From Octopus sinensis (lineage: Eukaryota), in NCBI RefSeq assembly GCF_006345805.1, contig NC_043001.1, forward strand, positions 1,302,001 to 1,366,000: DNA of 64,000 bases. The letters are read 5' to 3'. The notes beneath the pieces are model-generated. The model did no database searches. It saw only the letters and a program-made list of their open reading frames with translations, and had not been told where the DNA came from. How positions within the stretch are numbered: position 1 is the first letter of the stretch; each line of letters begins with the position of its first letter. Made by a program: the position numbers and the translations under genes. Positions 37,826 through 52,709 of the stretch are shown here, one piece after another.

Positions 37826-40214
37826 TAATCAGGGAAAGTTTAGTTCTTTCTCTCTAAAGCAAATGAAAAGCCTTAATCTGTTCTTAACTGTGGTTCGGCT
37901 TTTGTGAGCAATGTGTTCCTCAATTTGACCAATCGCAGAGAAGCAAGCAGCCAACCTGCTTATATACTCTACAATTTGAGAAACTACAGAAATCTGGAGC
38001 CACTAATTTGCATCCCTTAAATGCTCAACATCTTATTGAATATCAGGGGCCCAGCGTGTGCCTTGTCTTTTTTTAAAGATAGTAATGTGTAACTGAGAAG
38101 GATTTCATTACTATTTTTAGCAGGATGTTGACTTGTAGTGGTTACATTGATGTGTTTTTATTCTAGGTTCCCCTTGATTAACCATGATCAAAGTCGTTCC
38201 ACTCTTGACCAGAAAGTACCAGTCAAATATTCGGGCCAATCCTGCCATCAAAACTGATGGATTTCTGCCTGAATTAGAAACAATTATTTGTTTTGGCTCT
38301 GAGTTCAAATCCTGTCAATGTCAACTTAGTCTTTTATCTTTCTGAGGTCAAAGAGTCTCAATCCATAGCAGCAAATTGGCAGAGTGGTTAGTGGATGGTT
38401 CCAGGTTCAATCCTGTGCATGTCACCTTGCACGAGTGACTTCCATTGCAGCTCAGGACCAAAGAAAACCATGGGGTTGGAAAGCAAACTTCTTAATCACA
38501 GAGCTATGTAGGTGCCTGGCCAAGAATTCACACAACAAAGAATGGCCAAAATATTTTATAATTGCTGAAATAAGCTGTGATGCTTTATTTTAAGCACTTT
38601 TCACTTGGAAGTTTTACGATGAGTTGATTCTGTTAAGTGTATAAGAAGGATGCAAAATGATATTGATAGGAATTATGAACTCATAACATAAAGGGACAGC
38701 ATTAAATACCAGAAGGCACTGATTCTGTCATATTACAGCTTCTGCCATTCTCAGCCTTCCCTATTGCAAATATTACAAAGACACAATATTGCAATTTTAT
38801 ACAAACGAAGAGGAAATAAAATCATTATAAAAGTGTAGCCAAAATTTTAAAATACATTTGGATAAAATGCATATTTATATGTTTACATATGCCAGGATTT
38901 TAGGTATATTAATATAAACCTATCTGCATGTGTGTGTGTGTGTGTGTGTGCGTATTTGTAACCAATGAGTTCCAAGAATTAAGCAGTAATTTATGTCAGC
39001 TTGTATAAACAGCGTAAGCCTGAAACCATCCATTAATTCTTCGTTTATAAATTTATTTCAAATTTTCTGTTATTATCGATGAAGTGAAAAGCAGAAATGC
39101 AAATAACAAATAAACATTGCGAAAGATTTATTGTATCATCGAAATTGATCAATAATAAAAATAATAATAATAATATCATTATTATTATTATTATTATTAT
39201 TATCATCATTATTATTATTAATTTTAACAACAAGAAAAATGGCAACCATTACAATTCCAACAATTTAATATATCTAGTAAATGAAATTTTATTTAGACAT
39301 TGTAACTTGATTATTATTATTTTTTAAAATTTAATTTTGCCCTACCCAAGATTAAATTAGAAATTGTCATAATACATAACTAAATCAACTAATGAAAGGA
39401 AACACATATACACTCGCATTCACACACGTGCATACACACACACACACACATGCATTCACTCACAATTACATACAACTTTATAAATTTTCCTGGTTATGTT
39501 GCTGCAGATGGGGCAAACAGCCTCCATAATTCTACAGCTGCTTGTAAATATCAATTTCAGCAGAATCCATCCTCAGTTAAGTTCTTTAAATGTCAAAATG
39601 TGAAGTTCCTTTGGAAGGAAACTTTTAAAGTACCAAAATTTTACTGACTATTTCTCGTCTTTTATTTCACAGCATTCTTTGTTTAGTGATTGCTAATGTA
39701 ATTCTACACTAACAGCCTTCCTCTGTGTGATAAAAGCCATTGAGAAATGAGCTTGTGTGGCAATTGATTACGATCTACTTGATGCAAGCTGCTGCTGTTG
39801 TTGTTGTTGTTTGCAATGGCACTCTGAAGTCTTTTGCAATATCAACAAGGCTGCCATCCCTGCATCAAAGGCAATGATAAGGCTTTACTACACCGTCTGC
39901 ATCACTACTGTCACTAACTGCTCTGGCATGGCGTAATTGTGTGGCAATGTGTACGTAAGCTTGTAGGTTTCAACGTGTAAGCATACAAGTGTTCATCAAC
40001 ACACACACACACACACACTCGTGCCTGCACATATATACGCATAAACAAATTTATGCATCTAGCTCACTCAGAAATATTCTTTGTGTCTCTTCTGATTTGA
40101 TGTTTGATGATGCACGTGTGCTTATGTGCTTCAATAATGATAATGATAACAACAACAACAACAATAAAGTATATACATATGATGTTCACTCCCCCCCCTC
40201 TCTCTTGATATATA

Positions 40215-40250
<36 letters not shown>

Positions 40251-40478
40251 TGTATGTATGTATATATATGCACCCACACACAGAGGATTAGAGATCACAC
40301 TGCAGTATGGGTTGTAGAGAGCTGTCAGGTTGGAATTGGTAATCTTATCTTATCTTCCCAGATACATTTGCTCAGATGCATAATGCACACACAAACACAA
40401 TATATACACATTCATGTTTTATAGGCATATATACTCACACACACAGAGAAACAGTTTATAAACACACACATACATGTA

Positions 40479-40763
<285 letters not shown>

Positions 40764-42504
40764 ATACACGTGTGCAGAGATACACCTTATGCATTCATAT
40801 GTATCTACTGATGTACACATAAATCCTTATGTCCATGTACTTATGCAATCATACACATGTTCTCAGATATGAATGACTACATAAATACAATATAATATAT
40901 ATAATATAATCATATAACATATCCGTATACATTTGATGTGTAATCTTCAAAAGTACATCTCTTCCATCTGAAATTGACTGTTGTCATGGCTCATATCGAC
41001 GACGGTAGATTTGCTTGTTCCCCATTGTTAACATCACGTGTAACATCATCAACTGCAAAACATCATCCTTGACCGAACGCATTATTAGCTCAGTGCAGGA
41101 GTTGTTACACTTGAAAGACATCCCATGAAAATAATAAAAACAATTTTTAATCTGGCATAGCAGAAAAAAAAAAGATAAAGAAAGAAAACGTGGTAATATG
41201 GATGGTTTTTCTTCTTTCTATCTTCAAGTGTTTTTTTTTTTTCTTTTTCTTTTCCATGATTCAAGTAGCAAGTGCCAGAAATACAATCAGATATTTGCTT
41301 CTCAATGCAGGATAGGAAACTTGTATTGTTGTTGAATTCTAAGATATTATTCAGTATTCTGAAGTATATTTTGTGTGTTGAAAATCTATACAGACTTCTT
41401 TCTGTGGAAAAAAAATCTTCAGGATACATCTCAAGTTCTCATCAAAATGGCAGAGGTATTATTAGAAAGACGACTTTCAGAATTGTTATTCTTCAATAGT
41501 TTCCACTTAACTTCACCATTCTGTTGAGATTATTACTAGCTTATTGCTACAATAAAAATACTGCTACAGGCTTATCAATGGTTAAGCTAATTTGCATATT
41601 GGTGGTGCTAGTGCGACTTTGTCAAAAGTTCTCTATATTCAAGATGCTGCATGCAAATTAAAACATTCAGAGAGTTGACATAGATTCATGTTTTAAACAT
41701 AGTTCTTACTATGGAACAATTCTCCAAAGTATAGATTCAAGTCTTGGTAAAATGACAGAATTAGTGAAAAGATAAGATTTATGTCCTCAATGTTTACTTC
41801 CCTTAAATTAAAAAAAATATCTCTTTGCTGAACATGTGGGTGGATGGCAAATCTAGCCAAGAACAGGAGGAAATATTGGGTTATGTGCCATTAGGTTCTG
41901 AGTTCAAATTCCAGCTATATCCGTTTTGTCTTTTACCTTTCAGAGGTGGATAAAATAAAGTAAGTACTGGAATTGATGTAAAAGGCTATAAGTAGAGTGG
42001 TGCTCCAGCATGGCCACAGTGCAATGACAGAAGAAAAGGAAACGCTAACAGAATGAAGAGGGACAGTTCTGCAAATTCAGGCAGACACATTTTTATTTCT
42101 GCAGTGGAGGTTTTTATTAGAGTAGTGATTCTTCTGAAGACAATAATGATGAGTCACATGACAGTTAACACCTTTGTATCGCTACATGGCAGCTAACACC
42201 ATTGTATGACTACATGGTAGTCCATGTGTTAATCACATTAGCCACAAAATTCATCCATTTGTTCAAAATCCATGTTTTTCTATGCTAGCATGATTTGAAT
42301 GAAATTCAATTTTGAGGCAAGATTTCACAGCTGGGTGTTCTTGCTGTCACCAACCTTCATCTATTTTTCAAGTAAATGATTTTCGGTTTTATTCAGCAGG
42401 TTTTCAATAAACATGACCCAATGTTTTAGAATGTCCACTAGTAAATTTAAACATCACGATTTTGCTCAACCATTGACAAATCATTAATATTCACACATGT
42501 TTGT

Positions 42505-42618
42505 GCACATACATAAACACACACACATATACATAAACACACACACATATACATAAACACACACACATATACATAAACACACACACATATACATAAACAC
42601 ACACACATATATAAACAT
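42505..42618. repeat. 20-bp minisatellite
   Basis: Unit acataaacacacacacatat repeats from 42511 at 20-bp spacing, five copies. Confidence 0.9.
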
Positions 42619-42721
42619 TTACACCAGACTTGTGACAGGTCCTATCTACCAAATTCACTTACAGAGTAATGGTCAACCCAGAGCATTAGTAGGAGACACT
42701 TGTCCTAGATGCTACAGAGTA

Positions 42722-42957
42722 TAGGTGGCGATCTGGCAGAAATGTTAGCACGCCAGGCGAAATGCTTAGCGGTATTTTGTCTGCCATTACGTTCTGAGTT
42801 CAAATTCCGCTGAGGTCGATTTTGCCTTTCATCCTTTCGGGGTCGATTAAATAAGTACCAGTTACGCACTGGGGTCGATGTAATCGACTTAATCCGTTTG
42901 TCTGTCCTTGTTTGTCCTCTCTGTGTTTAGCCCCCCTCCTTGTGGTTGGTAAAGAAA
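42722..42957 (+). mobile_element. Young full-length SINE family B with 16-bp target-site duplication (TSD), nested in an older family A copy
   Basis: tagatgctacagagta at 42706-42721 and 42958-42973; CpGs retained. Flanks 42630-42720 and 42960-43025 join into a minus-strand family A SINE. Confidence 0.92.
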
Positions 42958-43139
42958 TAGATGCTACAGAGTAAGATGAATTTGAAGTCATATGGTTGAG
43001 ATGCAAACTTTTTAATCACAAAGCCAGAGTCAGTACAATTCAAGGCAATGTATATTCTCATTAATTTTAATGGTGAGCTGTGGCTATTGTAATTATTTGC
43101 ATTATTAACTTCATCGTTATTGATGATAAATTTCTCAAA

Positions 43140-43365
43140 GGTTTGTCCTTTTTCATACCAACCTGTCCAAAACCATTCCTGGATCTTCGATAAAAATTTC
43201 CTGTTTCAATGTCAACTAAATTAAAAACTTCCATTCAAATTTCATGCCATCGTATGTACCAAACATTAGTTTAATAATCAACAAGTTATTTTACTGAATT
43301 CTTGATAATTTTCCAAACTGGATTAAAACACAGACTCATTATTTCAACAGAAATATTATACAAGA
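43140..43365. mobile_element. Diverged MITE-like repeat
   Basis: attaaaaacttccat...aagttattttactgaattctt...tttcaacagaaatat; a homologous copy is split between 45635-45770 and 46370-46460. Confidence 0.5.
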
Positions 43366-43380
43366 TTATACAAGCAAACC

Positions 43381-43737
43381 AAGGTGCAGGCCTGGCTGTG
43401 TGGTAAGAAGTTTGCTTCCCAACCACAAGGTTTCAGGTTCAGTCTCACTGTGTATCAGCTTCACAAGCGTCTTCTGCAATAGCCTTGGGCCAACCAAAGC
43501 CTTGTGAGTGGCTTTGGTAGACGGAAACTGAAAGAAGCCCGTCGTGTATGTGTATATATATATGTATATAAATAGGTGCAGGAGTGGCTGTGTGGTAAGT
43601 AGTTGGCTTACCAACCACATGGTTCCGGGTTCAGTCCCACTGTGTGGCACCTTAGGCAAGTATCTTCTACTATAGCCTTGGGCCGACCAAAGCCTTGTGA
43701 GTGGATTTGGTAAACAGAAACTGAAAGAAGCCCATCT
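43381..43737 (+). mobile_element. Head-to-tail pair of SINE family A copies
   Basis: aggtgcaggNNtggctgtgtggtaag...ccaaagccttgtgagtgg...gaaactgaaagaagccc at 43381-43547 and 43574-43737. Confidence 0.9.
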
Positions 43738-44099
43738 GTGAATTGGTGTAAAACTATTTTCCGTCTTTCAAAATGTGTTTTTAGTTTCACAACAATTCTA
43801 GATTCACCAGATTCCTTATTGTTTGGATGCTTTGACAAATGATGAGGAAATCTGAGGGAGAGGGATAATAATGATAATAATAAAAAAACTAGGTCCTTCA
43901 GTTGAGTAAATAATAATAATAATAATAACAATTATTATTATTATTATTATTGTATACTGTGTGATGTCAATAATAATAATAACAATTATTATTATTATTA
44001 TTATTATTGTATGATGTCAATAATAACAATTATTATTATTATTATTATTATTATCAACAACCTCACAATATTGTACACTGTACGACATCTATATTATTA

Positions 44100-44149
<50 letters not shown>

Positions 44150-44344
44150 TAACAGAAGAAGGACCTAGTTATGACAAACTGGACTCAACCCCAAACAGAA
44201 CTGAACTTACTGAAAAACTGCTCAGTTAAAATTGCTGATACAAAATTACTTCCCACACAAAAATAAGCATTTTAGAACTGACTGAAGAATTAAAATGCTG
44301 ACAGTATTAACCTAATCTCATTATTTTTCTCAGTTTTTGTTAAT

Positions 44345-44620
44345 TTTACCTTTTCTTGTTTTTGTAAAATAATTCTGCAAATTGTTGAGTCTTTAACCAT
44401 CTTGATACTAACCCACCTTGTGCCCACCTTTCTTCTATGATACAAACTTCATATTTTGAAATGATCGAAATTAAACCTTCCTTTACAGTTCCAAGATCAT
44501 TTATACCCAAACTCCATTTTAATGCTGACAAAGTTATTTCAATAAATTCTTTATTATTTTCAAACCTAATTGAACCATGGGTTGTGTATTTTAACACAAC
44601 TATGGCCACATAAGGGTTAA
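44345..44620. mobile_element. Possible piggyBac-type MITE
   Basis: Right end aagggTTAA at 44612-44620; left end tttaccttt is degenerate. Confidence 0.4.
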
Positions 44621-45874
44621 AGCAATCTACATTAATTCAACAGCATTAAAGGCAACAGGAAATACTAAATGTTAGGATCTAAATTCAGTTACATGAGATG
44701 ATGTCTAAAGTGTAATGAAACGACCGTCCACAGTTTTTTGGTCTGTCCGAGAGACAAAGCTGAGGGAATGAAGTTAACACATCAAATGTGAAACTCATTA
44801 TCATAAATATTCACTCAGATAGATATCTTTCTGAATTACAAGACGGTCGATGATGGCAGTGATATTCATTTAAACTTAATTCTTTTGAAATAAAATTTCC
44901 TGTGTGACAGTCCTTTCTTTGGGATCACTGACCCTTCTATGTACTTTTAAAATTTATAGTAAAATGTCTGAGACTTAACCAGTGTTGGTTAATGTCTGCT
45001 GACATTCTAACCCCTACCACAACCATCTTTTCCTCTCAAAGTCATATGGATTAGACTTGAAGAGATATTGATTTCTGTGGTAAGAGCTTCCTGCTTATCA
45101 GATATGTTCCTTTTACAATGGCAGCTAAAAGACAGACGCATACTCTTATCTCTCACACACAGCAGGAACTTGTGAACTTTCATCTTTTACAATCAACCAA
45201 AGAAAAGATAAATGAAATGTATAAGTCATTTGCTTAGCAGCTGAATACCATCCTGAACTGGATGACAAATGCAATGCGATGGCTGCATGGTGTTTCTAGT
45301 TCAAATCTTGCTGAGTTTGACAGCTTGTTTATCTTCCTCCACAAAAGAACATCTCTGAAATGTTGGTCTTTAGCTCTTATAGCATGCCAACATAAACACC
45401 TCTTGCCAATGCTTTTTTTGTAAATATTTTATTAGTTGTTTATGTTGACACAAAGTCCACCTCACTAACTTTTATATTCTGGGAAATACAAAAACATAAA
45501 TTTCTATAAACTTTCCATAAGACTTTGATTCAGTTTCATAGCGAGGAACTATTGAAAGGTAAAACCCTTGCTTCTTCAAAAGGTTGTGAACCTATTGCAG
45601 GTGGAATTCTTTACCTTAGATTACTCTTTAATATGTGTCTCTTTTGAGACCAATCTGCTCTGGTTCTTTGATACAAAATTCCTGTTTTAAAGTGAAGGAG
45701 ATTAAAACCTTCCATCATAACTTTGTGTTAATTTATGCTTTAAACATTGGTTTAGTAATGATATCTGATTGAAGCACAAGGTTTGGAATTTTGAAAGGAA
45801 GGGGCCAGTTGATAGCACCAAGCCCCAGTACTTCATTAATATTTTATTGTATTGATATTGGAAGAGTAAAGGTA

Positions 45875-46130
45875 CATGTCTCAGTGGTTAGGGTATTCAG
45901 CTGTGGTTGTGAGTTCGATTCCTGGTGGTGTCTTTTTACCTTGAGCAAGACACGTTACTTCATGTTGCTCCAGTTCATCACCTGGCAAAAATGAATTGTA
46001 CCTGTAATTCAAAAGGCCAGCCTTGTCCCATTCTGTGTCGTGCTGAATCACTTTGAGAACTATGTTAAAGGTTCCTATGTCTGTGGAGTACTCGCCCACA
46101 TGCATGTTAATTTCATGAGCAGTCATAATA
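45875..46130 (+). mobile_element. SINE family C variant
   Basis: ctcagtggttagggtattc...gagttcgattcc...ccttgagcaagacac...catgttgctccagttca. Confidence 0.75.
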
Positions 46131-49100
46131 AGTGATGGAGAGTCAGGTCTGACATTGGAAAGATGAACGGCAAAGTTAATCTCACCAAGGTCAACTTTGT
46201 TGTAAAGCTGTACAGGATTAGTAAAATGAAGTACCACTCAAATACTGGGCTTAATATAATCTATTAATCCTGCTCATCTCAAAGTTACTGGCCTTGTATT
46301 TATATAAGAAAGCAACAGGGGTAGGAATCAAGGTATATCTTATTCTGAGAGGGGTCAGCACCAGATAAATAATGACTAAGTTATTCTACTAAATTCTTCA
46401 TGATTTTCAAAATAAACAGACAAAAGCAGTTCCAACAGAAATATGGTAACAAAAAAGGTGGTTGGTTGTGTAGACGCATTCAAAGTTGTCAACGTGTATC
46501 AGAACAAACTGTAGTAACAACATGTTTACCCTCCCCCTCATACATCTAGAAAAGCTATTCGCTTCGATGTGTTGCACACAACATATCTGTGACAGTTGCT
46601 TATATTGTTCACGTGATTCAAATTTCGCATGGTTGACAGGAAGACATTAGAGCATCTTTTGAAATGAGAAATACAGAGAGGAGAAGTAAAGAAGTAATGA
46701 ACAGAAAATGATGACGGAAGAAAAGAGACAGTGTTTTATGCTTTAGAATATCTAAGAAGACTTCAGACTTCTTGGATATACTAAAACCAACAACAATAAA
46801 ACATAAGTCTATTTACCAATTGTTTTCACTCCAGTCTTATTCATTGGTTTTCTGTTAATCCCAGATTAGTGAAATTAGCCTTTGTAAGTTTGTAAATAGA
46901 TTTTCTTTGGGGTGTTTTTAGTTTTGGGTTGGCACTAATCACTAAACCAATTTCTTTTCTTTTTTTGTTTTTCTTATCTTTTGACTAAACCACAATCAAT
47001 CTTGTCTCGTTGGAAGTTAATTCTGTTGAAAGTTTGTTTTTAAGTCTATTGAGCAGTTTACTGTTGTAAAGTTTAATTAGAGACAAGAACCAGATTTAAC
47101 CAAAAAAGCGAAAATAAGAGAAGAAAAATAAAAAGCAAATGAATGTTGTCAAATTGACTGAAATGTCAGTGGAAGGTATTTAGTTTGGAAACAGAATGGT
47201 TCTGTTTCCCCTTCCTCATGTCTGTATCATGTCAGAATAATCTCCACTACAATAATTTCTCTTAATCCATGGATATTATTACATAAATTGCTAAAAATCC
47301 ACAGTTTTAGTGAGATACTGAGAGCAAAAGCTTTTGTCATTGAACAAAATGACAGTTTGTGGTAGAAATAGCAAAGTTGATCAGTCAACAACAACAGCAG
47401 TTCAAACATTAGCTGCAAAACCAGTCTTTTAATGGCTATGAACAACATTGTAAGGGGGTGGGGTGGATGGAGATGTCGAGTGGTTGATGGAAATATTTCT
47501 GTGAAAGACGATTCCCAACTACATGGTTGCAGGTTCAGTCCTACTGTGTGGTACTTTAAAGAAGTGTCCTCTACTTTAGCCTTGGGTTGGCCAAAGCTTT
47601 GTGAATGGATTTAATAAATGGAAACTGAAGTGTATGTGTATGTGTGTGTGTGTGTGTGTGTTTGTGCATATGCACGTGTGTGTGCATGTATATATGTGGT
47701 GCATGGATGTGTGTGTGTGTGCCTTGACACCATGCAACAGTTCTAAATGAGTGTTGCTGTCATACAAATGGTGCACTTCGTTTCTAATGTTGCATGAAAA
47801 TACGACCATCCCTGGGGAAATTCCTTGGAACCAGGGGAGGGTCGGCAACAAGAAAGGTATCCAGTTGTAGAAAGTCTGTCTCAACAAACTCCATGCAACT
47901 CATTCAAGCATGAAAGAGTAGCTCTTAAAGTGATAATGATGATGATGAGGAGGAGGAGGAGGATGCTGATAACGGTTTATGTGTATAAGGAACGTAGCCC
48001 CAGTTCTTATTCTGGCACTTTGCCAGAAATATTAGAAACATGACAGGTGAAAGGGTTGTCAAGTGAAAGAAAAACTAAAAATTAAAAAAAAAATTTCCCC
48101 ATCACCTCCAATGGACAGAAAATGATGTAATAGATTGAAATTGATATCTGAAAAACCGCCACCATCGTATTTTTTAGAGAAAAATGTTCAATAATTAATA
48201 GGCAAATTAATAACATATATAATTACTGGAATATATAATTAAACTCAAATTAACAAAATACATAATTAACAAAATATATAATTAAACTCAAATTGAGAAA
48301 TTCTACTCTTGCGGTAATAGTAGCTGTTGTTAATTTTAATTAGTGTACATGTGTAGCTTGTCATGTATATAAGGGTTTCAGGCCAATCCAGATATGGCGA
48401 AACGTTTGATTAAGTGCAACCAGCTGTCATTTGTGAGTGAGTGCAGCTTGCTAACATTTACAATGTTTTTGCTAAGTGTTTTAGGAGCTAGTGTAGTTAT
48501 GATCAAGTGCGGACCATTCCACCTGGGCCCTTCAATCTTGATACAGCAGAACATGGCAGAATCGACAGCAGGAAGGAGTGTGGGATGTAAGAGCTGAAGA
48601 AACTGAAGCAATGTGAAATTAAGACACAGAATGTCACACAGTTCAGAAATTGAACCAACAGCCTTATGTTCATGAGCTGAAAATCATAACCACCAGGCCA
48701 CATGCCTTGAATTTTATAGAAACTAAATATAAAACTGTGTCTGTGTTTGTGTATAAACAGATGTAAACCAATGTATTCCATTTCATACCTTTCTTAATGA
48801 TTTGGGAGACAGGAATCAATCAAATATTATACTGCTTAAACACTGTGTGTGTGTGTGGATTCTGATTCATAACTGATGCAAAATTGAAAACTGTGCCTTT
48901 GGATTATCTTGTTGCATATGTCTGGTAAAAATGTCACTTTCCACTTCCCATATATTGTTTGCTTAATCTAGTTCTTGAACTCCTCCAGATGTTTTAGTTT
49001 TGATGATTGGAGCAAGAAGAATCATCAAAGACTCAGGAAAATGCTTTGTGGATATTTTCTCTGACTCTCTACATTCTAAGTTCAAATGCTGTTGAGTCAA

Positions 49101-50012
49101 ATTTGCCTTCCATAGTTTCAGGATCAATAAAAGAAGTACCAGTTATGCAGTAGGGATTAACTGACTAAGCCCCACCCACAAATATAGTGCCCTTGTGCCC
49201 ACTTTTGATGTTGTTTCACCCTGGGTTGATTCCGATCCAACAGACCTACGGTTAAAGGCAGTCCAGCTGTGATCATGCCATTTTCCTTCTAAAGAACAAA
49301 TAGAGAATCCACGACAACATAATTCAAAGTATCCATTTTTTAAAAGACAATTGCAGTGTAATTCAAGGGTGATTTGGTTGTTATTTCTAGCAGGCAGAGC
49401 AACTCTCTATATGTGCCCTCATTTGATAGAATTGTTGTTGGTGGTGTGTGCATGGTAGTGGGGTGGTATGACAGTTTTGAGGTCCTCACAGGCAGTGAGT
49501 GGACACACGGACAAGGATGGCCACCCAATGATTAAAGCCTAAATATACTGTGTAATCCGATACCTTTATATCGGAGCTAACGACGTCGTCTTTTATTTCA
49601 ATCATAAATATAACTTGTGGATTTTTAGCATCTGAGAAGGCAGTGAGGAGGGAGGATCTAATATTAGGCACTTAAATGTGATGATCAAAGAGGAGAATTA
49701 TTGAACGCAATGCAACTTAGTAGAATCAATATTGCAAACCTGAGCAATCCATGTTTGTTGTAGAGAGAGCCTGATGTGAAGTTGAGGAGAGTGAGATTGC
49801 CGATAGTGGTGATGGTGGTGATGGTGGTGATGGTGGCAGTGGTGATGATGATAAATTATTTGGGAATGGATCTTTTACTTTTTATTATTTATCAAGCCGA
49901 ATCTTGTAAGCAGTATAATGCATTTTATACACGTGTGTATATGAATGTATGTTATGTATGTATATAAATATATATATGTACACACACATATATTTGTATG
50001 TATCTGTGTGAG

Positions 50013-50061
<49 letters not shown>

Positions 50062-50303
50062 ATATATATGTTGTGAAAGCAATAAAAACTTGTAGATTTG
50101 AGACAAGTATTTTCTTCTGCATTCGTTTCTTTTTTGTTGCTTTTTCTCAATCATGGAGAATGCATGGAAAATGATTGGAAACAACAGGTTGTTCCTTAAT
50201 TTCCTCAAAAGAAATAGAAAAACAACAAAGCAAAATATATACGTATATAACAACGAAAAGGGGATTTCCTGAAGATGGAAATATAACATAAAATCTCTAA
50301 ATA

Positions 50304-50450
<147 letters not shown>

Positions 50451-52344
50451 CTCTGTATCTATGTATATATCTCATGGAAAATAAAAATATATGCAATAAT
50501 GATGGTCATTTTGCTTGAAAAGGATACAGCATGGAACCTAAACATTATGGTATGAAATTCATATTAGAAAGGACATGACAGAAAAAACGCACGCAAACAT
50601 TAAGCAAATTTGTTTTTGTGAAACAAACGTTGGCTAGCAATGGGAAGTTAAAAGCTCTCGTAATAAATATTGATATGTCTAATAGCAAGTTGTTATTTTA
50701 GTTTATTTTACTTTATCGCACATCCCTTATACAACATATAATCAGAATCATTTTTTAGCTTTTCTCTCTTCTTCTTCTTCCCACCTTCTATTACAAAGGG
50801 CAACACTATTTTGAATAATGTGGCATTTTGACAAGTATTAATGGAAACAAAAAAAACATAGTAGTCGCAATAATAATAATAATAATAATAATTATGGTGA
50901 TGATGATGATGCTGGTGGTGATGACAATGATGATGATGAATAAATGAATTAATGAAAGCAAATTCTAAAACTGTCGTAACATCTACATTGTAACGTTTCC
51001 TTTTGTTATTTTGCGTTAAATATTTTCCAGAAGCTACTTTCACTTTCATTGCAAATACAAACAACTCGTAAATAAAACAGCAATGCTCTTCATTTATTTT
51101 ATACAAATGTTTACTTTTTTCTTCTTGAATTAAGTTTTATTTTGTTTTGTTGTTGTTTATAGGAAACTAACCCTTTATCTATCAGATATTTCCATTAAAA
51201 ATCACCCCCTCCATCCTCCCCTTTCCCTGCTTTTTAATTTATTTATTTTTTAACTAGTTTGTATGAAAAATCATGTTTTTGAAAAACAATAAAATGAACT
51301 AAGACACTGCGGTAACTTTTAAATGTTAACATTTGAAAAGCTTGTCGAAACGAGCTATTGAGGAAATATCAGAGTATTTAAGATGGAGATAACGATTGAT
51401 TATCTTTAATTTTTCTTAATTACTCAGTTTAAATGATTCAAAATAAAAAAACAAAAGCAAAAAGAAAATTTTCGTCTCTGCCTATTAAAATAAAATGTTA
51501 TTTCTTTTAACATTTCCTGAGAAACTTGCATTAGTGATATCTCTTTCTGTTTGATTAGGGTTTAAAAAGTGCCAGAAAAAAAGGCTGGTGGGGAAAAAGA
51601 GTGGGGGTGAGAAAGAGAGAAAGACAGATAGACAGTGGGGGGGCATTAGGAAAAAAAAAAAAAATGCCCCCAAAAGAACAAATAAACAAAACAGGAAAGT
51701 GAAAAGTCATTGAAGGGATCATTTAATTTTCATAAATCTCTTGCCGCCGTATTAAATATCAGCATGGCATCAGAAGATTCCAAACAATTTTGACTTCGAC
51801 TAAATTGCTAAATCAATTAATTTCCTTTCCTATTTTTTTCAAAAATAAAAAATTCAGGTTTTTGACTTTGGCTGGTATTCTTGCTCCAAAAAGAAAACAA
51901 ATTTGTATCTTTTAAAATTTTAGCGTTGCTCTTAATGACTAATAATTTAAAATTTTTGATTACGTTTTGTAACAATTAATGAGTTTTCTTTTTATCCTTA
52001 GTAATATTTTGTTTTACACCTCTTCAATTCTTTATTTTAAAAGAAATATTTTATGGATTGCTGTTCTTCCTCAGTTTATTTCTCTTTTTCCATTCCCACC
52101 TGTCTATTTATATATCTACCTGTCTCAGTCACTTTATTTTTCTGTCTGTGTATTTCTCTGTCTCCTACGTAAGTCTGTCTGTATGTCTGCCTTGATGTCC
52201 GTCCCCTATCTAACTCTCTCTCTGTTAATGTCTTGCTTTTTTACATTTTTTATTGATTTCATACTGCGAGAATGCCTTCAACAGTTTTAATTGATCCTAT
52301 CAACCCCTCTATTAATCTCAGTCTGTTAATAACAACAACAACAA

Positions 52345-52555
52345 CTCTTTTTGCTCTGGTCACAAAGTTTGAAGTTTTGAAGGCGGAGGCTAGACAATGG
52401 TATCTCACTCATGCTTGACTGCTATTTTGTTTTATCAACCCTGAATGGATGAAAAGCAAAACTGACCTCAGCAAGATTTGAACTCATAACGTAAAGTGCC
52501 AGAAGAAATGCTATTTTGCCCGACATGCTAACAATTCTGACAGCTCGTTGCCTTT
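52345..52555 (-). mobile_element. SINE family B
   Basis: tttatcaaccctgaatggatgaaaagcaaa...gatttgaactcataacg...atgctaacaattctgacagctcgttgcc. Confidence 0.75.
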
Positions 52556-52709
52556 TTTAATAATGGTTTCAGATTTTGGTACCAGAACTGTTTCTTTTAT
52601 TTGCTGGGAGTGATGTGGGAGACATTACAAGAATAGCTCATGATTTGTGCTGGAATTTACATAAAAGATGAAAAGGAAAGGAAAAGAGGTTGAAAAGCGA
52701 TAAAAATAG

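Noticed and set aside
44695-44765. C/D box snoRNA candidate
   Set aside because: The C box is non-canonical (TGATGT), with no terminal stem or recognisable rRNA guide.
45880-45925. tRNA gene
   Set aside because: Only A/B boxes are present with no cloverleaf; it runs straight into a SINE body, as do the other tRNA-like heads.
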